Origin: Phoronis australis
Lineage: Eukaryota; Animalia; Phoronida
Length of the DNA stretch: 64,000 nucleotides
Direction of reading: 5' to 3'
Assembly (NCBI GenBank): GCA_002633005.1
Contig: NMRA01000563.1
Span: forward strand, 186,001 to 250,000
A program made the translations under genes and the position numbers. Shown here piece after piece: positions 1 through 14,133 of this stretch (positions are counted from its first letter, which is position 1; each line of letters starts with the position of its first letter). Below the pieces are notes generated by a model. That model did not search any database and had not been told where the DNA came from. It saw nothing but the letters and a program-made list of their open reading frames with translations.

Positions 1-1964
1 ACCTGGAACGCGAAAAACAGACTAAATTGCATTATTCAAAGTCGTTCTCTGCCACTGAAACAGAATTCATCCTCCTCACCAGGTTTGTTTGCTCACATAA
101 TTTGAATTTCTCTTGATGTGCAAGCATTTTTCTTTTAGTTTCAAATTTCAGAAAAACGCTCTCTTTCAACTGCTCGTCACTTTGCCGATTTTCCAACAAG
201 GCAAATTCCGTCTCCTTATTTGTTATGGCAAGGCCTAGACGCAGTACATTTCACTTATACGGAAAATGTGACCTTTGATGTAAACAAAACAATGACGTCT
301 TCAAGCAGCAGGTCCGCTTAAGAGGCAATTGTTGTGAGTCAAAACTGTTTAAATTTAGTTATAAAGGTGTAGCATTGTTCAAACATATTCTAAATGGAAA
401 ATTGCTTGCTGCACTGGCTTGCCTCATACTGTGCTGCCAACCTCAGATTCGGAGTGAAATCACACATGATAATCTATCCACCTTACCAGTCAACTGTTTG
501 TCGAATGACTGTAAGCGCATGCGCGCATTTGTCATAAGTGGGAGGGAGATTAGAAACTCTGTAGTAACCACAGAGTTTTTCTTTCGCGTGTATTTCAAAA
601 ATCGTATTTTTTGATTTTTCCCCCTCATGTAAAAGTAAATAACTCTGCAGTAGACGTTGACAGAAGGTACTTTCGTCAGGAATTGTTAAAAAATATTTTG
701 ACGAGCTTCGCGTTCCATGCCTCTTTCAGGTTATGTAGGACCCCATAAAAATGGCTGACTTGGGAACATCATATCTTAGAGATGGATGATCGGATTTATA
801 TGAAACTTTCACATACTATGCTTTGTGTTCTGTCCTCAAGAATTTTATTAGCAATTGTTTTCAAAATGTTCCACTTTTGCATGAGGGGCCATCACAAATA
901 GGACTTTCATGATTTTCATGAATAGTCCTTAAAGTTGCATAAAACGATAACGAATTGATATTTTAGAAAACTGTAACAGCGTTTTTGATATATCTCCTGG
1001 AACATTTATGTCAAATTTAATTTGATCACGTTGTTGATACTGTTGTTTTGTTTTGCATGTACATCTCTTTTATGATAAATTTTACTAAAAAGACATGGTC
1101 ACGTGACTCAATTAATGGCGGAAAATTAAATTCTCATAGACTTTGTACTTTCAGAAAATTGATTTTTACCAATAACTGTTCCAAGATTGGTTAAAAATTC
1201 TCCTTTTGTAAAATTGAAGGTGGCTTAGGGGATTCGAAACAACTGACAGTTGGTTATTGCTTGAGACAAGGTACTACAACTTGACTTGTCACGGCGTGTC
1301 TACTTATAAGCGAGTCATTTCATGCGTAGAGCATGCTTTCAACGAATCATGAACTGCCAGTTCTTTACAAATCCAGAAATCATTTTTCATGTGAGTAAAA
1401 AACAATCTGAGATCAACTTTACAGCAGTAGTCTTAAGTGGTCAAAATCTTATTCGTTTCTTAGTCCAGAACAAGTTAAGAAGCTGAATAATTCAAACTCT
1501 TTGGACATGTAATTTATATGTGACAACTGGCTTGCTCAAATTGACAAATTGACCACTTGATGTCGTTGCCTGTTTGCAAACTAGTTTGTAATTTCATTGT
1601 CAGCAGATGTTGTTTTACAAAAATAATTGAAGTAATTTGCCCTTGACCAGTTATGTTGAATGCATCACGAATCTATCAAACTTATTGACCTTTCTTTGGC
1701 AGTGACCGAAGTAGCTTAGGGAATTCAGTTGTCACGTAAGCAATTTTCTTTGCAAAAATCAACGCGAAAAATTTAGTTGCACCAGTTACTGATTCATTGC
1801 TACTTTATTCTGGAGAACCCTGTCTGTGCGCTGTGAGCAGAAAAGGTTATCACGCGTCGTCATCGCAATATATAGAGGACGAATCCTGCGATAGAACTTC
1901 CAAGCAAGTCGTTAGCTTACGGGCTCGGAATCATGAGGACCCCGGGTCTAATCTTTTTAATTGA

Positions 1965-2300
1965 AATCGAACTCGAAATTAATTGTCATTTTCTGTCGTA
2001 CTTTTGTGAGAGTTCAAGTTATTGTATGCTCGAGTACATGTCTTACGCTAATTTTTGTCTAATCCTAGTTTGCACTTGATGACCCCAGCTTAAAGTTGGA
2101 GTCTGAATTGGAACTTTCGAGTTTTTACTCGACATTTCGGATTTTTACTCGAGTTGGTAGCTCGAATGCTGGGGTCATCAAGTGCAAATTTGGACTAGAA
2201 ATCCATACAACATGAACCATGGTGTATAGAATAACAAAAATTTGTCTCGAGTTTATACAATAATAATCTGGAAAATGACAAAAATAATTTCGATTTCGAG
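1965..2300. repeat. Foldback-like imperfect palindrome
   Basis: Core arms TTTGCACTTGATGACCCCAGC (2069-2089) and GCTGGGGTCATCAAGTGCAAA (2168-2188), with further patchy symmetry (TCGAAATTA..TGTCATTTTC) extending outward. Confidence 0.65.
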
Positions 2301-3269
2301 TACAAAGACGACACCGGCCATGGAAGTAACTTAAATAAAATTGCATTATATCGACAAGAGATAAAATACACTCGTGAATTTATTTTATGTGATTTGTGAC
2401 CTTAGCTTTCCGTTGAATTCATAGCAACGGATTTTAACCAGTTCAGTAAAATTTATTTCCAAATGATGCTCAACACGAGATCAATTCTTGCAAAATGTAT
2501 TTTCACACCACTTCGCATATATAGCTCCATAACAGGATGTAAAACTTAAGTGTTGCCCAGTCAGTTGTAGACGGAAGTGTACAGCGTGAACACAGCGACA
2601 CCCACCACGAAAGCTCGCATAACTAAGATTGCTATTGTTGAAAGAGCTTCCTGACAAACGATAAGACTGAGATTTAAACAAAAATCTAAACTCTTTAGTA
2701 AAGTTTGTAACCCTGATTACTGGGATGAGAATCTGTCTCCATGTCCACTCTTCTCAGCACTACTCCTCCAGTACAACATTCACCTGAACACCTTCAGAGG
2801 AGTCTCCAAGCCTTTAAACACTGTTATCTACATTTTTGTAATGCAGTTAATAGCTACACTAATTGTAAAATGCGTAATTTAACGTTTTCCATATAACATT
2901 AACAGGATATTATTAAATCCCCCGTGGATTTTGGTTTACCAGATGTGCGTATAAGATGTTTTGGTATGAACGACGTCAGAGAGTCGACATTCGTTGTTGA
3001 AATGATATTCTTACCCTCTGCGGAATGCATTATATTAATTATCAATTTGTTTAGTATTGTAAACTTTATAGGAACAGAAACAGTTTCTGGAAAAAAGCGG
3101 TTTTGCCAAGTAACTGTGAGCGTATCACTGTTTAGAATTAATGTAAAGACATTATCTCAGTAACTAGCTGTTTTGTATATATTCTCAATAATTATGTCAG
3201 TGACAGTAACTCGATGTTTTGTATAATTATATTCTTAGAGACGTTGCACTTCTGCTCAAGCCAGCCTCC

Positions 3270-3397
3270 CGTTCAGTAACGCTAGGACCTCGCTAAAAAG
3301 CAAGACTTCGCGAGATTACGTGATATATTGCTGTGTATTTCAAATGAAATCACGTGACTTTGGCTAGATTTTAACTAGGTCCTAGCGTTACTGAACG
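3270..3397. repeat. Short inverted repeat or tiny MITE
   Basis: Perfect 21-bp arms CGTTCAGTAACGCTAGGACCT / AGGTCCTAGCGTTACTGAACG. Confidence 0.75.
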
Positions 3398-3677
3398 AAC
3401 GCCAGAAAGTATTTTTTTTTCTGAAATAGTTGTGTGGAGTCTAAGACCAATTTCCTGACTTACGTCACTTTTAATGAGACAGACACATTGATCTACATTG
3501 TCATCATTTTTAGCTTACTTCATAACCATATGTGAATTCAATCTCCTATACATACGAGAACATAGTAGACGGAAGGCACATGCACAGCACTTCCAAGGAG
3601 AAATCTTATGGAACGCAAACACGGAATTCTATACCATAATGCAATATTCCAACCTCAAGGTGGCACAGATCACTTAA

Positions 3678-3945
3678 TTAGGCTGCAACCGCGGCCAATT
3701 TGCAGTGCCAAAAATAAATTCTAGGGGTAGGCCAGGCTTGGGGTCAGTTTTGAGGTAGGCGGTGTGTATAGGCTCAGTGAATCTGGCTTGTTGTTGTGAA
3801 AATGCTGGGAATGAGAAAAGACCTGTTGCTCAGCTGTAGCTGCACTTTTCTCCAAGATGTGATGCATGTGTGCATTGCTGTATAGCAACTCAGTAATCGG
3901 CTGCGATTTCAGGCAGTCCTTAAAGAAGCCAAACTGGAAAAAGTA
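3678..3945. repeat. Dispersed repeat, inverted copy at about 27845-28123
   Basis: TTAGGCTGC..CCGCGGCC...CTAGGGGTAGGCCAG...GCTGTAGCTGCACT..CAAGATG is shared with the reverse complement of 27845-28123. Confidence 0.75.
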
Positions 3946-6765
3946 AACGACTATACATTGTTGTGAAATGGACAACATTCCTTTTTTGTTCGTCACCATG
4001 AAGCAATAAACACTAACTACTCTATGTCAGTGGAGTTTATTATTAAAACATATTGTCGGACAAAAAGTTAACACGATATTAGACTTGAGTTGTCAGTCTT
4101 TCCGAAGCCGGGGCGAGTATCAACTGAGAAAAATTCTGGCCAGATATTTTAAATTATTAGCAGAATGCCATAATCCGGACACTTTTGGAGCTTTTTGACA
4201 GTAAGGGAATAGAAGAGATAAAAATGTGCTGTTGCTCGAATGGAAAAGCATACAATTTTCAAACACTGCCCTTGAGAAAATAAATGTGGATCGTCTGGAT
4301 TTTTTTGCAGACATATGGAACTTAGAAACGAAAATTTGTTGCTATTTTTATTTCCAATGAAAAAAGCGTTTACTCACTACAGAAGAAAATTTGAATTTGA
4401 ATCATGATCTGGACTTGTCGCAAATTAGACTGTTTGGTTGGTGACGAAGAAAGTGTAATGATGAACAAAACCGAAGTTCAAAAATCTACATTTCGTGTCT
4501 CTCGCATTGCAATAGTCTGACTTCGGGATTAGCTCCGTAAGATCTCAGCCTAAGATTAGCAGGTTACCCCAACACACGGGCTAACTGAAAATTTTCACAT
4601 TCAAAAACACGCGCCGTTGACTCTCCAAAACATGAATCACTTAAAAGTCGATTCCTGTCATGCTGGAAGCTCAGGCCGTTGTCCACTGGCGTGAATTACA
4701 CATTTTCTTTCTGAACGTTATCAACGACCTTGAAAACGTGGTAAACAGTGTTCATGAGCAGGTTATGAGTGCGTGCGATTCCCAGCTGCGCTCTTATTGA
4801 GCCACATGCGTTTGCTGAAAACACCAAGTGTTATCGAAAACTGTCCGAGCACACGGCAAAGGTTTTCCGTTTCGTTGTTTCCAGGGTGTTTATGAGAAAA
4901 TGGGTCAGGAATTCTGAGAAAAAAAAATTAGAAAGGAATGAATATTTCTAGTCACTATCAGATGACTGGAGAGCAAATTGTCGAAAACTAGAAGACGGTT
5001 GCCAATTAATCGGAGATCTGTCAAAAAGAGAAATTTCTTTATGAAAAAGGAATTTACCATTGTCTTTCGAAAACCATCTGTATTTTTATTGTCAGTGGGC
5101 GCTTTGATTTATTAACGACAAGCTTCCAATTCTTAGAAATTCACCCGTAAGCAACTCATTTCCGTTCATCTTCATTATCACAGCAAGGTTTTCCTGCCGA
5201 CAAGCAGTCTATTTCCGTTCGTTCTTTCACCGGTTTCCGATCGATAAAGATCCAACAAATTTTGTAGCCCTTCAGCATGATCTTGATGGAGTTCCTAGTC
5301 ATTTCATACCGCTGTGAAAAACACAAAGTTTGTGGCGTAAAATACCTAAAACAGCTATAAAGTCGCTTGAAAATCTTGACTTCTTGGCCAAACTGTGAAT
5401 ATGATATGCGCGTACGTGATAACAACTGTGAGTTATTATATCGCGATTTGTGATGCAAGTCGATTTAAACCAGGACAAACTTTTTCATGACAACGGGTAC
5501 GCATTTATCAAAGTACTGCGTGTGAGTGGGGCATTATTGGAAAGAAATGGGTTACATGAGATCAGCTTCTGCGCGCAAACAAACCTGCAACACCCGCGGT
5601 TGCAGCCTTGAAGTGGCATAGAACGTGAACACAGAGTAAATTGTACTGTTGAAAGTGGTTCTCTGCGGCTAAAACAGAGGTCAAGCTGTATTTTTACGGT
5701 TTGTTCGTAAAAATTTCGAATTTCTGTTGATGTCAAAGCATTTTCCCTTAGACGTAGCACCAAGGGGTTTACGCTACTCCTTGGTAACATATTTCTCTCA
5801 TACGCAAATGTGACCTTTGACCTTTGATGCAAACAAAGTAATGGCGATCAAGCTGGAGCCAGTAAAACTTCTTTGAGCGTATGCGACGCACATCTAGGAA
5901 TGGAGAATTTGAAAATTGTATTGGGGTGAAAGAGTTTATGTTTCGTCTTAGTTTCAAAGATAGTGAATCTGGCGATATTTTCTAGAAATTCTGTGCAATA
6001 TTTAAAGTGAATAACGTTAGCATCCCCAAAAAGTAGATTTGCCACGATCTGTTTAAAAGGCATTTTTTTACGAGATTTCGAGTTCCGTGACTCTTAAACG
6101 CTCTCCTGGCGGAGAATTTAACATTTTTGCTGTTTCATAGCTTTCGGTCAACGCTAATAACTGAAAGAAGTCTATCCCATCTAACGATAATTTCAAATAT
6201 TCAATTTTCGACCACACATGTGCTTTTGCGAAAGTCGACCGCGGGTAGAAGCTTCTAACTCTCAACCCGGAATTGTAGCTGTATTCGTTCTGAGAAACTA
6301 TAGAATAATGAGAATGAAAATTTGAATATCGTTGGCCTTAACCCTAATTTAATCGGAGCTTATAAACCATCTTTTTGGAACAATGAGTCACTATTTAGAC
6401 CATCCATTTTGTAACTGTCATTTTCTGACTTGCGTTTTTTAAACCGTGTTGTCCCACCGTAAGATAAAAATTCCTATTATAAACATCAAATTGTCAAGAA
6501 CTTCATGCTTTTATGAATATACCCATTTTCTCAATTTCTTGGACGAAACTATTTGTGTTTCACGGCTGTCGCGACATCTTCCAACCTTCATTGCCTTATG
6601 CACACAGGTAATTGATTGCTAGCAAGTCAGGGCATTTAAGCCTAAAACTCCGTAATAATAATGAATTGGCGTGGGACTACGCCAAAGGGGGATTGGTAGG
6701 GACGCACCACCAACTCGGGAGAGTATTTTGCCCATTCGGTTATTAGACTTCTTGTATGAAGCACC

Positions 6766-6892
6766 AAAAGTACGCGTAGATTAAGCAAAAGCACGCGTTA
6801 ATTAAGGACATGTACACATAGAATAAGCAAACGTACACTTAGATTAAGCAAAAGTATGCGTAGATTAAGCAAAAGTACACGTTGATTAAGCA
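6766..6892. repeat. 21-bp minisatellite, about 6 copies
   Basis: AAAAGTACGCGTAGATTAAGC variants in tandem. Confidence 0.85.
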
Positions 6893-9755
6893 CACTTCAA
6901 CGCGTAGAAATGTACTCGTTTAAGAACAATTTGGCGCGTGGTATTCCTGGTATCGGGTTGATAAATAAAAGAAGTGGTGAAGGAGAAGAAGGGAAGTATA
7001 TAGTTGTTTCGCGACCCCCGCCTACATCCACCACTACGTGAAATATGTATGTTACGAAATATCGTGTGTCTTTTAATCATGTCTCTTGGTCAGTTGCTTC
7101 ACCAATGTTCTGCTGAGAGTAGAACTTTGTATCGAGGATATGAACGGAACGGAATAAATACTTAATAACGACAAGTGTCTTGTATTTAATCAATTTTGCA
7201 TTACGGGAAAGAAAACCTCTTGGCTGCAGGTCACCTAGTATCGCCCTCCCATCACCTCCAGATTGTATTTTATAACAAAGCTGTTATAAACCGTACCCTG
7301 GTGTTCAAAACATCATGTTTAAAGCGCAGTTGCTCTTCCAAAACAACGCCATCGCGTTCTTATCATTTATTTTGATTGAAGGTGACTCCAATAAATCGCC
7401 TAAATTTCTTTTGACTGCCATACTGGCCTTTGTTATTCTAACTAACCCGCCGTGACAAGCAGCATACTGGACCTGTACTTATCAATAAGGACCAACCAGT
7501 TCTTCTCTGACGTATAGGAATCATTTCTACTGTGAGTAAGGAATAAGATGTGACCGATTTTATAAAAGAAAGTGGTCAAAATCAAAGTTGTTCATTGAGA
7601 AGATGAGCGAGCTTATTGGCTCTTAAGACGGCGAAGTAGTAAGTGGATACCGCTGCACAACTTGTCCGTTCAACGGTTACCAACTCTTTCAACGCCGTCA
7701 ATCCCCTTCAAAGCTGTGTCGCTACTCATCTAACATTCAAAACCATGGCGAATTAGATGTTTACGGCAAGCCATCTGGTCTTCATTCTTTGCCGGTGCAT
7801 TATGTGGGAGGAAGTGTGTGTTTCTGTTTCAAGGCTGAAAAATCGCTTTTGTTTGTTATGCTACTGCAAAAATAAACATTTATATTCAAACATGTAGAAA
7901 TATTATGGTTTGCGCATTACGACTCCATTGCTGTAGTTGCGACATTTTGCGCTGAACTGTACTCATGAATTGTCGCAATTTATTCGTTTCCGACAAATGG
8001 TGCGACGATTTATGAAGAGGTTTGCATACGGTGTGTCACTCTAAGTTGGATTATTAAAACAACAGAAATATAGATTGGTGCATACAATGAGAATGGTATC
8101 AAAAATGCAAAAATCTGAGAATAGGGGTAACGTCAAAGAAATAATTACAAATTTGTTTTTAAACTTCTTTTAAAGTCCAAAATAGTCACGAAAACGCGCA
8201 TGTCTAAACGGAAAGAGAAGTCACTGCAATATCACGCATGCGCCAGTTGAAGTTTGACAGACACGATCTGAAATTGAGTAAAATTAGCCACCCCCTGTGG
8301 TTTCGAATAAATAACTCTGAGATTATTTCAGTCAAGTTTAGTGTAACTGTGGAATGTTGTGTCCTAACGCAAAAATGTTTAAATACTGAGATTATTTCAA
8401 GTAATTTTCACGTAGGAACTCAGCCACTATTATAGGCTCAAGCTTGTTCAACACACGGTTTTCCATTAGCCTGATGTTGTGTAAGAGTCGAGCAACAGCT
8501 TTCGCTCAGACTCTTACAGCCCTTGCATAATACAATAGGTGAACGGTTAGTACAGTGACATGTTGCAACACAATATGCATCGTGTGCAACACTTGCAGAT
8601 GACTGGAGTTCGGTGCTACTTACAACAACGTATGCAATAAATTGTGTAACGGCTACAAGTGCGACTCTTGTAACATACAGTGGACCATGAACGCGTTCCG
8701 TAGATGCAAGAAACTCGTAAAAATGTAAGATCACGCAGGTTTTCGCGAGATATCGCCATGCAATATGATCGAAGGGTATAACCGCACTAGCTTTATCTGC
8801 GAGTGTCTTGGGTCTGCTGCACGCAACCCAGGCTTTACGTGCACAAGCTGTGGATCGATATAAATGCTGTCTGTTGGTGTTATTGAGATGTGCTTTAAAG
8901 TCTGCAAAATGTTTGCGATCGAAACGTATTTAATTGTTATGCTTTTTAACGACATCCGTGGTCGGTTCGTAAAACAGATCAGCTATAGCGTTTAGGGACA
9001 GAAGTGAGCCATCTGAACGCGGTTCAATCTTATAATGTTTTGCTCGCACTTTCGCTAGCACAAAAACGTCAGTAATGTATGTGAACGGCTACAAAAGTTG
9101 TCACTTTTACTGGTGCTTTGCTGGCGGTTTGAGTTTCCCCAAGACTGCTGGTGTTTTCGCTAGCACTTTGTCAGAACGCTAGCTTAAACGATAAACATGC
9201 ACACGCTTAAAAGCCCCTGTTTGTTAATCGTCGTATTAATCAGTATATGGAATGTAGTGGATGTCTAGCATCAGTTTTTGCTTAAAAGCGATTCGGGTGG
9301 TGAAGACACAAACTAACTGCTAGCGAAAGTCGTCTCTTATGACCGCTTGGAGGACAGCTCATATCCCTGACTACATGTTCGCCTTCCATGTGAGCCCTGT
9401 ATTATCAGCCAGTTTTTCAAACAACAACACTACGTCTATAAAGTTACATTTGTGGCCCTTGTTTCTTTCCATTTTTGGTCTCCGCATACATTAAGTGGAA
9501 GTGACTGGTTATTTGTTTTTTGTTTGGCCTTGCTAGTCTGTTATTTTGCCACTGGTGATGCTTTAAGTCTTAACTTCAAACATTTAAAAATGAACCAGAC
9601 AAGCGCGTAGGAGTATGAATATGACGTCAATTATTACTAAAAACGCTTGTTGTTCGTTAGTTAAACATTTTATTCAGACGGTTTCAAATCCAACTACAAC
9701 ATGGCTATCGCCATCTACTTCCTTTCTTTGATATATTTATTTTGACAAGTGTTAA

Positions 9756-9940
9756 CATGCGCGCACTCAGGGGGGCTCGGGACAAAAGTCCAGTAAAGAA
9801 GCGCAAACGCGCAATTCACACTGGTGCGTGCTTCCGTTTTTTATTTTTTAGTCTGCCCGCTCTTTTGTTAGCAAATGGTCCAAAACGTCACGAATTCGAG
9901 AATTCGAGCCCCCCCATTTTGAAGGCTGGGTGCGCGCATG
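9756..9940. mobile_element. Mini TIR element with 5-bp TSD
   Basis: TIR CATGCGCGCAC / GTGCGCGCATG flanked by a perfect GTTAA duplication. Confidence 0.8.
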
Positions 9941-12233
9941 GTTAATACAGCGAATGTAGATTCTTGCCTGAAAAACATTCTTCACTCATGTTATTCTAGG
10001 TTGTCTGTATCATTTTGTTGATTTGTTGAGTACGTGTAGTTTCGCTTCGTGAGCTTGTCACTGTTCAGATAAGTGAATGACGCAAAGCAACACTTTTAAA
10101 AGCATATCATGACACGAGATAAGTTTTTCCCACGAAAAACGTTTAGTCTGTTATTGATACTGAAACACCAACCCGCTGTTACAATTACATTGTTCCCACT
10201 ATAATTGTGCATATATTCTTAAATGTTCTCATTTTCAAAAAAAAAGAAGAAAACAAGTCAAAGTCGCCCAAATTATGATATAATTTTGGATTAATCAAGT
10301 TGATACAGACGAATTTTTTCGTGTATTCAAACAAATAACTCCATTCATTCCACTGTACAACCATAGGAACGCTAACCTATGACTCACTGTCTGGAAAAGC
10401 TGAACATTTATACCTGACAAAAAAATTAAAGAGCTCTTTTAGACTGAAAGGACGCCTGATCATTTGCTTATGGAGATGAAACAATGCATTTTGTTACATA
10501 ATACAAACAAAAACCAATTAGTAGTTTGCTTTAAAGCAGGTAATCCAACAACAGGAAGCAAGTTTAAAACGGATCGACAGTGTTTGTTTATATTTTGGTC
10601 ATTGTTCAACACAAATCTGCAGAGTCTCAGAATTGATTTTTCCGTTATGGCCGACTAAACAGAGGCACTTTTCGCATAAATGTGAAATTTGCATAGACCT
10701 TCTCAAAATAGCACCAATTTCAAGATCGCAATTACACCGTTGCACTTCACTTGACGACAGTTATGTTATGTTGCTGGGATTGTCAAATAAGTGTAGTTGA
10801 TGTGAATAATCTAAGACGGGAAGTTTCTTCTTTAATAAGTTCAAATTTGCGGTTTGACTTACGTCACAATTAATGTATACGCTTGGGTTTGTCTATCGTT
10901 TTGTATGACGTCATCGTTGATTTTGATGTCGTATTGTATCATTTAACGCCATAATAACAAAGACGCAACATTTTTCAAGTAAAATAATCTGTTATTTGAA
11001 ATAAAAATATTAAAATGTTTCATAAAGTATCCATTGTCCTGCTCCTTAATGTGAGCGATTTGAATCAACATACTTTTAATTATCAATCAACGGTGGCGAT
11101 GGATAAATCCACAAGTGAAAAACTGCGGTTTCGCTGAACTCCGGCCTGGATCTTCTTTTTTCGCAACCACGTACGAGAGAAAGTCTATCGGGGATTTCTA
11201 AAAGAGCCCAACCGGAAAAAAGCTCGAATGGGAGCTACTTCAGGATCGTTTTGGATGCGTGGCACAAGCGGACAATAATTGGCTAAAAGGTCATTATCTT
11301 TTCAGTTATTTATATCCTACAATTAAAATATGAGGCGTCGCCAGGCTTAGAACTGCGTACTAAGTGAAACCTACCTCTTATCTTGCAGTGGGCTTGTAAA
11401 GCTCACGGCCAGCAAGATGAGATTACGAAAGGACGATTTTCCGAAAAAAAACCCGTGTGGCTCTTTTTAGAAGCAAAATCCCTTCCACTTGTCTCAAGGA
11501 GTGTAGTACTTTACTCCTTGCTTGATGCCGCGTACCATGTGCAGAACTCTGGCTTCTCTCGTTGTACTGAACTTTGAATACTTATGTAAAGCCTTTGACT
11601 GATTTTCACCTAGGTCATTATGTTGTTTTGCAAATAGAACTAAATATTTTTGTGGTCATGACGTAGATTTAATCACTACACAATTATGAACTTTAACTCG
11701 TGATCAGGGCGTTATTTTCAGACTTCGAATGTCGTGAAGATCACATACTTGGGGTTTTAGAAACAGCAAAATAACCAGTTTGAAATATGCTGATTTTATT
11801 ATAAAATCAAATCAAACTGAGGCAATTCCCTCATATTTGAAATAATACAAGAGGGATTTGGTTTTCCAAGAATAATAACACAATTCTTTACGTGAATGAA
11901 TCCTACAAGTACATGAACGGGTGTTCACATCTCGTGTCACATGTTAGTCGCTCCTATTTGCTTTCAAAAGTTTGAAAAATAGACTCATTTTGCATTTTTG
12001 AATCTTAACAGATACAGAGCAAAATTAAAGTCGAGAAATGCAAATGTGTAGGTCTGCATTTTGCAGCAACACGGAGACTACGTTGTTAATAGTTGCAAAA
12101 TGATGCAACCGTTCGTCCGAAAACCATTGTTATTAGAAGTGAGCTCACCCTATGCATACAGGAACAAAATGGCCTTGAAGTACGATTCAGTTTCGCATTT
12201 CCATTACAGTTAAAAGGCCCGCACTGACTGTTG

Positions 12234-12389
12234 CAGTGCTGTAGTGGGGCGTAGGCTCAGGTAGGCGTAGCCAACCACCTTTTGACATTTGAACGTATCG
12301 CCTACGCACCGTAAATTACGTTCAGCGCTCAAGGGCACACGGTGGGCTTTTGGCGCCTACTTACCTCTAATTTTACCTCTACAGCACTG
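12234..12389. mobile_element. hAT-type MITE, same family as 37221-37355
   Basis: Perfect 11-bp TIR CAGTGCTGTAG and colinear internal sequence (GGGGCGTAGG...CGTATCGCCTACGCACCG...GGCGCCTACTTAC). TSD not preserved. Confidence 0.75.
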
Positions 12390-12854
12390 CCGCTCTGTCT
12401 GGTAGCGGTCCTTCACAGATATTCTCTGAAAAACAATGCACTGTTCTGAAGATTCAAATTTTGAAAGCAAAGTGAGAGCGACAGATCCGTTTTGTGTTGT
12501 GTCAAGTGACGTACGAAAGTGTGTGTAGTTTATTTATGATCAGTTGATCGTGTGAAAATCAAAGGTGACCCAATTATTTTGTATATTTTTATTAAAACTC
12601 GTGTTCATGTGTGAGCTGTTGATTCACGCTTTAGTGTTTATGGAGTAAACATTACTTTTTATGAGATGGACATTAATTAGACAAGGGACTAACAACTGTG
12701 CGGACTTCAAAGTGTAACCATTTCGTTTCTTACGCTTTATCTGCAGTCCTCCTCTCATATAGGGCCATCTAACATGTCCGAAATAAAAAAAGCTGTAACA
12801 ATAGTAGTACCAACAACACTGGTAATAATAAGAATGACAATAACAACAGAAAAT

Positions 12855-12945
12855 TATGATGATGATGATGATGATGACGATGATGATGACGACGACGACG
12901 ACGATGACGACGACGACAACAACAACAACAATAATAACTATGATT
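12855..12945. repeat. Compound trinucleotide microsatellite (GAT/GAC/AAC/AAT)
   Basis: Directly visible. A similar tract lies at 33288-33350. Confidence 0.9.
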
Positions 12946-13907
12946 ATAAAACAACAGCAATAACAATGAAGAAGAAAATGAAAAAGAAATGCAGGCTGGC
13001 CTTACAGCAGTCTTATGGCACTAAAATTGAACATTTTTCTTCCTAGCTTTGGATAGGTATTGCTCCAAAGACCATTTAAAGGAACAATTCCTTTTATGGC
13101 TATTATATTCCCTTGATATTCACAAACAAAATACACCTTCATCCAACGTTCTGTCTCAATGGGTATTCGTTTAGTTTAATTTAATTTATGACGAACCGTG
13201 TCTTGTAAAAAGAGAGTTCTTTAAGTCGCTTTATGAATTAGGGTCCTGCTGGGATTGTTAAAAAGTCTCGTACAAGCTGCATAGAAGGCTATTAGTGTTT
13301 TGATGTTGATTTTTCTGAGCCTCCCCAGTTGCTAACGTCTTCGCCTTTGCTAACGATTAGTTTTTGCGGGCCATCAAGTGCTCAGTGTAAACACGCCCAG
13401 TTGAAAGTGTTGGGCTAACCTCTGGTGAAATCGGGTATATCGCCAGCAAATTGCTAATCATGCTAAAAATGGCACACAAGACATTAAGGGTCCAGTGGAG
13501 GATGAAAGGGATATTATGCAAAATTACCGATTAACTTTCCTATTTTTACGAGATATTGGGCTTATGGCAGATTAATTATGAACATACTGAACTTGATACC
13601 AGATTCTCCAGCAGAAGGTTAAAAATGTAAATTATGAAAACACAAGTCATATCATGAATACAACCAAAGTACAAGGTAGTTCCTAAACCGATACTATTTG
13701 ATGGTAACCAATTCAGCTGTCGTCATGGGTATAACCGGATGTTGCTTAGCAGCCGTCAATCAGTGCAGGAAAAATTCGAAACCTTTAGTCGAAGTATAAA
13801 GTCTTAAATCTATGCATTTTGTTGCTGCAGTTTGGTAGAAATTTTTATTTTTTTTTATTTTTATGTTTTGTATTATAATACAAATGCCGTCTTTGCTTAC
13901 TTTACAG

Positions 13908-14133
13908 CCTCTTCGAGACTCACCCGGACACCCAAAATGCCTTCGTTCCATTCAAAAACATTCCACTTGACGACATGCGTTACAGCGACACCTTAAGGGA
14001 ACATGCGCTGCGCGTGATGACGACAGTTGACAAGGTCATGTCGCGCATTGACGACATGTCCAAGGTGTTTGATCTCCTAACGGAACTCGGCCAAAGACAC
14101 GCCTCTTATAATGCAAAACCGGAATATATCGAT
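13908..14133 (+). CDS. Globin X-like globin, internal coding exon (helices B12 to G6)
   Basis: Acceptor ttactttacag at 13907 and donor gtaagt at 14134. Reads (1 nt)+LFETHPDTQNAFVPFKNIPLDDMRYSDTLREHALRVMTTVDKVMSRIDDMSKVFDLLTELGQRHASYNAKPEYID, with C2 Pro, CD1 Phe, distal E7 His (EHALRVM) and proximal F8 His (GQRH). Boundaries fit the ancestral B12.2 and G7.0 globin introns. The motifs HxLRVM, RID and HxxYNAxPxY resemble globin X as I recall it. Confidence 0.93.

Noticed and set aside
3-82. Open frame ending in a phase-2 GT donor, as a candidate globin exon 1
   Set aside because: Lacks the A12 Trp and B6 Gly, and the sequence belongs to a dispersed repeat also present near 5650 and 32750.
11228-11278. 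ATG GGA start (MGATSGSF...) as a myristoylated globin N-terminus
   Set aside because: In-frame stop after 16 codons and no suitable splice donor.
12769-13046. Poly-Asp/Asn and poly-His/Arg ORFs
   Set aside because: Translation of a trinucleotide microsatellite with no domain or splice support; the same applies to 33164-33587.
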